Positions 56,097 through 64,000 of a stretch of 64,000 bases of DNA are shown piece by piece. Every line of letters begins with the position of its first letter. The first letter of the stretch is position 1. Source of the stretch: Acidimicrobiia bacterium (GTDB lineage: Bacteria; Actinomycetota; Acidimicrobiia; Spongiisociales; ZC4RG35). The stretch spans positions 10,717 to 74,716 of the forward strand of contig DATCZS010000123.1 of NCBI GenBank assembly GCA_036525795.1. The letters run 5' to 3'. The notes under the pieces were generated by a model. The model was not told where the DNA came from, made no database searches, and was given only the letters and a program-made list of their open reading frames with translations. Both the position numbers and the translations under genes were made by a program.

Positions 56097-57971
56097 TTGG
56101 AAGTGAGTGACAACACCGTCACCATCGACACGCCAACCGACGTCGAGGAGATCGACAAGGTCGTAATTCGACTGGCCGGGGACTCGGGCGACGGAATGCA
56201 GCTCGCCGGCAGCCGGTTCACAGATGCCTCGGCGGCGTTCGGCAACGATCTCGCCACCCTTCCGAGCTTCCCCGCCGAGATCCGGGCCCCTGCCGGCACC
56301 TTGCCGGGCGTGAGCTCGTTCCAGGTGCAGATCGCCGACTTCGACATCCTCACCGCAGGGGACCAGCCGGACTGTCTCGTGGCCATGAATCCGGCCGCGT
56401 TGAAGGCGAATCTCGCCGACCTCCGTCAGGGCGGCACGCTGATCGTCAACGAAGACGCCTTCGAGGAGCGCAACCTCACCAAGGCCGGGTACGAGGCAAA
56501 CCCCCTCGAGGACGGAACGCTCACCGGCTACAAGGTCATCTCGGTGCCGATGGAACGGCTCACCAAGGAGGCAGTGAAGGACAGCGGCGTCTCCGGGCGC
56601 GACGTCCTGCGCTCGAAGAACATGTTCGCGCTCGGTCTCCTCGCCTGGCTCTACCAACGGCCCCAGGATCCGACCATCAAATGGGTCGAGAGCAAGTTCG
56701 GCAAGCGCCCCGAGGTGGCCGAGGCGAACATCCTCGCCTTCAAGGCCGGATACACATACGGACTGGCCACCGAGGCCATCAAGACGACATACATTGTCAA
56801 GCCCGCCGCTCTGGAGCCGGGTACCTACACCAACGTCACGGGGAACACCGCGCTGGCCTGGGGGCTCGTCGCCGCCGCCCAGGCGGCCAACCTGCCGCTC
56901 TTCTACGGCACCTATCCGATCACCCCGGCGTCGGACATCCTGCACGAGCTGTCCAGACACAAGAACTTCGGCGTGAGGACGTTCCAGGCCGAAGACGAGA
57001 TCGCGGGCGTGGGTGCGGCGATCGGCGCCTCGTTCGGAGGGAGCCTGGCAGTCACCGGTTCATCCGGTCCGGGAATCGCGCTGAAGAGCGAGGCGATCAG
57101 CCTGGCGCTCATGACCGAACTGCCTCTCATCGTGATCAACGTCCAGCGCGGCGGCCCATCCACCGGCCTCCCCACCAAGCCGGAGCAATCGGATCTTCTC
57201 TTCTCCCTGTTCGGACGCCACGGCGAATCACCCCTTCCGGTGCTCGCCGCCGCCTCGCCCTCCGATGCGTTCGACATCGCCATCGAGGCGGCCCGCATCG
57301 CCCTGAAGTACATGACCCCGGTGATCCTGCTGTCGGACAACCTGATCGCCAACGGATCCGAGCCGTGGCGTCTCCCCGATCTCGAGGCGTTGCCTGACAT
57401 CAGCGTTCCCTTCGCCACCAGGCCCAACGGCCCCAACGGGACGTTCCTGCCGTACCTGCGCGATCCCGAGACCTTCGCCCGGCCATGGGCCGTGCCAGGC
57501 ACGGCGGGGCTCGAGCATCGTATCGGTGGTCTCGAGAAGGCCGAAGTCACCGGAAACGTGTCGTACAACCCGGACAACCACCAGCTGATGACGGACACGA
57601 GGGCCTGGAAGATCGATCACATCGCCGCCGACATTCCCCCGGTGGAGATCGTCGGAGACGAGGACGCCAAACTCCTCGTCCTGGGCTGGGGATCCCAGCT
57701 CGGCGTCATCCGGGCGGCGGCGCGGCGAGTGAGGAATCGCGGCGAGAAGGTTGCCACCGCCCATCTGCGTCACCTCCACCCCCTCCCCGCCAATCTCGGC
57801 GAGGTTCTCGCTCGCTTCGAGCGAGTCCTCATTCCCGAACTCAACAGCGGGCAGTTGCGGTTCCTGATTCGCGCCAGATACCTGGTTCCGGCGGAAGGCC
57901 TCAACAAGGTCGCCGGCGTTCCGTTCAAGATCCACGAACTCGAAGAAAAGATCCTGGAGATGTTGAAATGA
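56097..57971 (+). CDS. korA: 2-oxoglutarate:ferredoxin oxidoreductase alpha subunit (fused gamma-alpha type)
   Basis: OFOR family: N-terminal gamma-like region followed by the TPP-binding alpha region. 624 aa. AAGGAAG Shine-Dalgarno; TTG or GTG start. Confidence 0.8.
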   Translation: MEVSDNTVTIDTPTDVEEIDKVVIRLAGDSGDGMQLAGSRFTDASAAFGNDLATLPSFPAEIRAPAGTLPGVSSFQVQIADFDILTAGDQPDCLVAMNPAALKANLADLRQGGTLIVNEDAFEERNLTKAGYEANPLEDGTLTGYKVISVPMERLTKEAVKDSGVSGRDVLRSKNMFALGLLAWLYQRPQDPTIKWVESKFGKRPEVAEANILAFKAGYTYGLATEAIKTTYIVKPAALEPGTYTNVTGNTALAWGLVAAAQAANLPLFYGTYPITPASDILHELSRHKNFGVRTFQAEDEIAGVGAAIGASFGGSLAVTGSSGPGIALKSEAISLALMTELPLIVINVQRGGPSTGLPTKPEQSDLLFSLFGRHGESPLPVLAAASPSDAFDIAIEAARIALKYMTPVILLSDNLIANGSEPWRLPDLEALPDISVPFATRPNGPNGTFLPYLRDPETFARPWAVPGTAGLEHRIGGLEKAEVTGNVSYNPDNHQLMTDTRAWKIDHIAADIPPVEIVGDEDAKLLVLGWGSQLGVIRAAARRVRNRGEKVATAHLRHLHPLPANLGEVLARFERVLIPELNSGQLRFLIRARYLVPAEGLNKVAGVPFKIHELEEKILEMLK

Positions 57972-58978
57972 CGGCCTCCACCTACACCCGCTCCGACTTC
58001 CAGACCGATCAAGAGGTCCGGTGGTGTCCCGGATGCGGCGACTACACGATCCTCGCCTCGGTACAGAACTTCCTCGCCGGACTGGGGGTGGAGCGCGAGA
58101 AGATGGTGTTCGTCAGCGGCATCGGGTGTTCCTCGCGTTTCCCGTACTACGTGAACACCTACGGGATGCACTCCATCCACGGCCGGGCACCGGCGATCGC
58201 ATCCGGCCTCGCCTCCAGTCGGCCGGACCTGTCGGTGTTCGTGATCACCGGCGACGGCGATGCCCTCTCGATCGGCGGGAACCACCTCATCCACGCCCTG
58301 CGGCGCAACGTCAATCTGAAGATCCTGTTGTTCAACAACCAGATCTACGGCCTCACCAAGGGTCAGTACTCGCCGACGTCCGAAGTCGGGAAGCGCACCA
58401 AGTCCACCCCGCTCGGTTCGATCGACTACCCGTTCAACCCGGTCAGTCTGGCGATCGGCGCCGAGGCCTCCTTCATCGCCAGGACCATCGACATGGATCG
58501 ACCCCACACCCAGGAGATGCTGGAGGCGGCATATCGCCACCGGGGTTCGGCATTCATCGAGATCTACCAGAACTGCAACGTGTTCAACGACAAGGCGTTT
58601 CTCCAGCTCACGGGCAAGGCAGAGCGCGTGGTCAATCGGATCGACCTCGAGCCTGGGAAGCCGATCGTGTTCGGACCGGACGACTCGAAGGCCGTCGTGT
58701 TCCGCGACGGCAGTGCGCAGATCGTGGATCGGGCATCGGTGGCGGACTCCGAGATCCTGGTTCACGACCCCAGCCGCCCCGACCCGACCGTCGCGTTCGC
58801 GTTGAGCCGGCTCTCCCACGGCCCGTACGGCCCAACCCCGATCGGCGTGTTCCGGGACGTCCCCCGCCCGACCTACGAGGACACGATGCAGCACCAGCTG
58901 GTCGATGCCCAGGCCAAGAAGGGGCCGGGCGACCTCGCAGCGCTCATCCGGTCCCAAGGGACCTGGGAAGTCTCCTGA
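57968..58978 (+). CDS. korB: 2-oxoglutarate:ferredoxin oxidoreductase beta subunit
   Basis: WCPGCGDY motif and TPP-binding GDGD. ATG overlaps the korA stop. Confidence 0.85.
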   Translation: MTASTYTRSDFQTDQEVRWCPGCGDYTILASVQNFLAGLGVEREKMVFVSGIGCSSRFPYYVNTYGMHSIHGRAPAIASGLASSRPDLSVFVITGDGDALSIGGNHLIHALRRNVNLKILLFNNQIYGLTKGQYSPTSEVGKRTKSTPLGSIDYPFNPVSLAIGAEASFIARTIDMDRPHTQEMLEAAYRHRGSAFIEIYQNCNVFNDKAFLQLTGKAERVVNRIDLEPGKPIVFGPDDSKAVVFRDGSAQIVDRASVADSEILVHDPSRPDPTVAFALSRLSHGPYGPTPIGVFRDVPRPTYEDTMQHQLVDAQAKKGPGDLAALIRSQGTWEVS

Positions 58979-59082
58979 ACGCCGCTCTCTGAGGCGAGCC
59001 GGACCCGGCTTCCAACCGGCGCCGATTGCGCGTCATCCGCCCCTCCCGGGTGCTTGGATGACAGCAACGAGACGGAGGAAGC

Positions 59083-59610
59083 ATGGACTTCAACGCCATC
59101 TGGGCGAGGGTGCAACGGGCGATCCGACTGGAGCCGGGGGTGTACGCCGAGATAGGAGGCGACCAGAAGGCCACCGCTGAAGCACTGGCCGTCGCCATCG
59201 GCGCGTCTCTGATCAGCGGTCTTGGGTCCATCCTCCCCGGGGGGGCCGCATTCGGCTTCGGTTCGTGGGTATTCGCCGGGGTGGTCGGCGTTCCCATCGG
59301 CCTCGCCATCGGCACAGGCTTTCTCTGGCTGGTCTCGCGGCTGTTCGGAGCGAGAGGCGAGTACATCAACCTGTTCAGAGGGCTCGGATATGCCTCGGCT
59401 CCCCAGGCACTCGGCTTCATCCCGTTGATCGGGATCGTGGGCTCCATCTGGTCGCTGGTTCTCGCGATCCGGGCGGTGAAGGAGACCCAGAGCGTCAGCG
59501 ACGGTCAGGCGATCGCGATCGTTCTCATCCCGGTGGTGATCAGCGTCATCCTCTTCGTCCTGATCGCCGCCGCCGCCTTCGTCGCGTTCCTCGGGTTCGC
59601 CGACTCGTGA
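59083..59610 (+). CDS. Yip1-family integral membrane protein
   Basis: Five predicted TM segments, 175 aa, Yip1-like topology. Confidence 0.5.
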   Translation: MDFNAIWARVQRAIRLEPGVYAEIGGDQKATAEALAVAIGASLISGLGSILPGGAAFGFGSWVFAGVVGVPIGLAIGTGFLWLVSRLFGARGEYINLFRGLGYASAPQALGFIPLIGIVGSIWSLVLAIRAVKETQSVSDGQAIAIVLIPVVISVILFVLIAAAAFVAFLGFADS

Positions 59611-59617
59611 CCTGATC

Positions 59618-61228
<1,611 letters not shown>

Positions 61229-61270
61229 GGTACTCGGATGCCGCCGCCGGAATGCTGGAGGCGGAGGCGG

Positions 61271-62482
61271 CTACGCCAGCGCCTCGGCCAACGCGTCGAT
61301 GGTCTTGTCGATCTGTGCGTCGGTGATGACCAATGGGGGGCACATGGCGAGCGCGTTGCCGAGCGGCCTCACGATCACGCCACTGTCGAGGAGCGCATTG
61401 CGCACCGCAGCCGCGTTCTTCGACTCGGGCAACTCGACGGCCCACACCGCCCCTTCTCCCCGCACCTCCGTCACGAGGTCGTCACCCGCCAGGCTGTCGA
61501 GTCCCGCTTTCAGACGGCTCCCCACGTGGGTCGCGCGATCGAGCAGTCCGTCCCGTTCCTGGATCTCGATGGCGGTGAGGCCTGCGGTCGCGGCGAGAGG
61601 ATGACCCGAATAGGTGTAGCCGTGACGGAGCAAGAACTCGTCGTCGGATTCGAGCGGCTCGACCACGGTCGGTCCGAGGATCACCCCGCCCAGTGGGATG
61701 TACCCCGAGCTGACGGCCTTGGCGAAGGTGATCATGTCCGGGGTCACGCCGTAGTGCTGGGCTCCGAACCACTTCCCCAATCGACCGAACCCGCATATCA
61801 CCTCGTCGAAGATCAGGAATGCCCCATGCTCGTCGCACAGGCGCCGCACTCCTTCGAGGAATCCTTCCGGCGGTGGGTAGACGCCACCGGCACCCTGGAG
61901 CGGTTCGGTCAGGACGGCTGCGATCCGGTCACCGTGCTGGGTGAATTCCCGGGTGATCGCCTCGAGATCGCCCACCGCCACAGGGGTGACATCGCCCACC
62001 ACCGGACCCCAGCCCTCCCGGTTGGGGGCGATGCCCTGAGCAGACGTGCCACCGAAGTTGGTCCCGTGATAGCCGCGCTCGCGGCTGAGCACGATCGTCT
62101 TCTCGGGATGTCCGGCAAGCCGCTGGGCAGCCCGCGCCAGCTTGATGGCGGTGTCCACCGCCTCAGATCCGGAACACCCGAAGAACACCCGGGAGCGATC
62201 GAACGGGGAGAGCTCTGCAATCCGGGAGGCGAGGCGGTCGCTCGGCTCGTTGGTGAAGGGGGAGAACGTGTGATACGAGGCGAGTGTCGCTGCCTGCGCC
62301 GAGATCGCCTCGACCATCTCGCGGCGACCGTGCCCCACATTCATGTACCAGAGACTCGCCATGGCATCGACGTAGCGGTTGCCCTGGTCGTCCCAGATCT
62401 CGGCTCCCTCGCCGCCCACGATGTTGATGAAGGAGGTCTGCGTCGGAGGACTGAAAGGATGCAGGAAGGCCGGAGTCGTCAT
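61271..62482 (-). CDS. Class III (omega) aminotransferase
   Basis: Aspartate-aminotransferase fold I, subfamily III (DEVICGFGRLG, the TFAK Lys region), 403 aa. Confidence 0.8.
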   Translation of the reverse strand: MTTPAFLHPFSPPTQTSFINIVGGEGAEIWDDQGNRYVDAMASLWYMNVGHGRREMVEAISAQAATLASYHTFSPFTNEPSDRLASRIAELSPFDRSRVFFGCSGSEAVDTAIKLARAAQRLAGHPEKTIVLSRERGYHGTNFGGTSAQGIAPNREGWGPVVGDVTPVAVGDLEAITREFTQHGDRIAAVLTEPLQGAGGVYPPPEGFLEGVRRLCDEHGAFLIFDEVICGFGRLGKWFGAQHYGVTPDMITFAKAVSSGYIPLGGVILGPTVVEPLESDDEFLLRHGYTYSGHPLAATAGLTAIEIQERDGLLDRATHVGSRLKAGLDSLAGDDLVTEVRGEGAVWAVELPESKNAAAVRNALLDSGVIVRPLGNALAMCPPLVITDAQIDKTIDALAEALA

Positions 62483-62521
62483 GCGCGCAGCATAGGCCTG
62501 GCACGCCTGCGGGGACCGACT

Positions 62522-63334
62522 TCAGGGCACTCGCCACCAGATGGTCACGAGCTCACGCTGTTCGTCCCCCACGTAGAGCCGGCCGTCGACCTCGGTGAGG
62601 TCGAGCACCGCGTCGAGCTCCGTCCAGCGGTCGCGGGGAAGGACCAAGCGCCGCCCGAACACCTCCCTCAGCTCGTCCATGCTCTCGAAGTACAGCCCGC
62701 CCTGTCTGGTCCACCGATCGACATTGGGCGAACGCCCGATCAGGGCAGCCACCACCTCCGCGAGGAGGTCGGCGGTCGGACCGCTGGGGCGGTCGAGCCC
62801 GTGAAGGATCCGGTAGTACGGTGCCAAACCGGCCCACGGGTGCCGATCGCTCAACTCGAGCGCCACGCCCACCCCGGCACGGTCGATCATGGCCTCCAGG
62901 AAGGGAACGATGTCCCAGACGTCGTACACCACGTGGGCGCTCATCACGACGTCGGCGGGTTCCACCGTCTCCGCAGCCTCCGGCCACGGCAGCGGCACCA
63001 CCTCGACTGCGACCCCCAGCGCGGCCGCCTCCTCGGCCAGTCCGGCCGCCATGCCCGGATCGGGCTCGACTGCCGTCACACGACATCCGGCCACGGCGAG
63101 CGGCAGCGATGCCCTCCCCCGCCCGGCCCCGACGTCGAGCACCGATCCCGCCGCCCCGACCAGGGATCTGACCACCTTGGTGGTGTGCGGCTCGGGAGCG
63201 TCGGCCGCCACCGCCGAGCGCCGCTTCCAGAACCGTTGTGGCCAGCCATACGGCGACTCGTCGACACCGGCCAGGAGCTCGTCGGGAATCCGCCACGCCT
63301 CCAGCTCCGATCGCCAGCGTTCCGCCGGCGTCAT
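62522..63334 (-). CDS. Class I SAM-dependent methyltransferase
   Basis: Motif I VLDVGAGRGR. The tool ORF was trimmed to MTPAERW, whose ATG overlaps the ferritin stop (ATGA). Confidence 0.6.
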   Translation of the reverse strand: MTPAERWRSELEAWRIPDELLAGVDESPYGWPQRFWKRRSAVAADAPEPHTTKVVRSLVGAAGSVLDVGAGRGRASLPLAVAGCRVTAVEPDPGMAAGLAEEAAALGVAVEVVPLPWPEAAETVEPADVVMSAHVVYDVWDIVPFLEAMIDRAGVGVALELSDRHPWAGLAPYYRILHGLDRPSGPTADLLAEVVAALIGRSPNVDRWTRQGGLYFESMDELREVFGRRLVLPRDRWTELDAVLDLTEVDGRLYVGDEQRELVTIWWRVP

Positions 63335-63840
63335 TCCCCCTCTGCCCCGGCCGTGCGCCCCCCCAGCTCGCGGTCGAGCAACAGCAGAGCGGCGCCGTTG
63401 CCTTCGATCATCCGCAGCTGTGCGAGCAACTCCGAGATGGCAGCCTCCTCTTCGACCTGCTCCGCGAGGAACCATTGGAGCAGCGGGAAACTGGCGGCGT
63501 CCGCCGCGGCCGACGCCTCCTGGTACAACTCGCCGATGGCCTGAGTCACCCGGCGCTCCTGCTCCAGGGCGACGGCGAACACATCTGCCGGCGATTCGAA
63601 CCCGCCCGCCGGGGCGGGAAGAGGCCCGAGCTGCACCACGTTTCCGCGATCCAGGACATAGTCGAAGAACTTGAGGGCGTGCACCCGCTCCTCTTCGGAC
63701 TGGACCCGCATCCACGACGCAAACCCCGACAGACTCCGATCCTCGAAATAGGCGGCCATCTGCAGGTAGGCATTCGACGATTCGAGTTCCAGGTCGATCT
63801 GGGTGTTGAAGGCGTGGGCGAGAGATTGGGGCATTTCCAT
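63331..63840 (-). CDS. Ferritin (non-haem bacterial ferritin-like)
   Basis: Ferritin four-helix-bundle diiron residues (E..H in EEERVHALKFF). Trimmed to MEMPQSL. Confidence 0.7.
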   Translation of the reverse strand: MEMPQSLAHAFNTQIDLELESSNAYLQMAAYFEDRSLSGFASWMRVQSEEERVHALKFFDYVLDRGNVVQLGPLPAPAGGFESPADVFAVALEQERRVTQAIGELYQEASAAADAASFPLLQWFLAEQVEEEAAISELLAQLRMIEGNGAALLLLDRELGGRTAGAEGE

Positions 63841-63906
63841 GGGACCCACGATATCCCGTGGCGATCGGCAGGGCGCCTGCCGAGCCGGGCTCTGCACTCA
63901 GCCATC

Positions 63907-63990
63907 AGCCTCAGGACTCAGGACTCGAGACTCGAGACTCAAGACTCAAGACTCGAGACTCGAGACTCGAGACTCGAGACTCAGAACTCG
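63907..63990. repeat. Heptanucleotide tandem repeat (GACTCRR)x12, immediately upstream of the ferritin start
   Basis: Direct reading gives gactcag gactcag gactcga gactcga gactcaa gactcaa gactcga x4 gactcag aactcgg. A 7-nt unit cannot keep a reading frame. Confidence 0.8.
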
Positions 63991-64000
63991 GGATCAGCCG

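Noticed and set aside
63899-64000. Heptamer array as a coding repeat of an upstream gene (an SRLETRD-like peptide repeat)
   Set aside because: A 7-nt period rotates through all three frames, so no consistent peptide repeat can be encoded. I treat it as a non-coding VNTR, with the caveat that the window ends within it.

Overview
The window is a high-GC (about 70%) chromosomal segment, most likely from an actinobacterium. Mycothiol-type genes (a PIG-L deacetylase and an MshD-like GNAT) and F420 genes (cofC, an LLM-class oxidoreductase) are present, and 4-nt ATGA/GTGA start-stop overlaps are common. About 64 genes can be supported. The left third is housekeeping: a ppdK 3' fragment, meaB, a NifU-like gene, spoIID-like, murA, rpiB, a DsbB/TlpA pair, gltX with an adjacent tRNA-Glu(UUC), serA, pgpA and an S9 peptidase. 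A 50-nt direct repeat of the tRNA-Glu 3' half brackets a 1.8-kb insert that carries only a LipJ-like alpha/beta-hydrolase/class III adenylate cyclase fusion gene. This looks like a tRNA-targeted island scar with no integrase. The centre (about 26-51 kb) is the most unusual part. It is a roughly 21-kb purine/ureide catabolic supercluster. It holds two divergent three-subunit xanthine-dehydrogenase-family molybdoenzymes, a YgeW-type carbamoyltransferase, a PyrB-like carbamoyltransferase and carbamate kinase. It also holds two translationally coupled PLP fold-type-II enzymes, two COG0402 amidohydrolases, adenosine deaminase and a PreA-like Fe-S flavoenzyme, with nucleoside hydrolase/ribokinase just upstream. 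The gene content echoes the E. coli ygeW-ygfT / anaerobic urate-degradation locus, but in an arrangement I do not recognise. The right end encodes Thr-rich-linker lipoproteins, an amidase, KorAB 2-oxoglutarate:ferredoxin oxidoreductase, an ABC-F ATPase, an aminotransferase, a methyltransferase and a ferritin. A 12-copy heptanucleotide tandem repeat sits immediately upstream of the ferritin gene. Hand-derived start coordinates may be off by 1-3 nt; end coordinates come from the ORF track.
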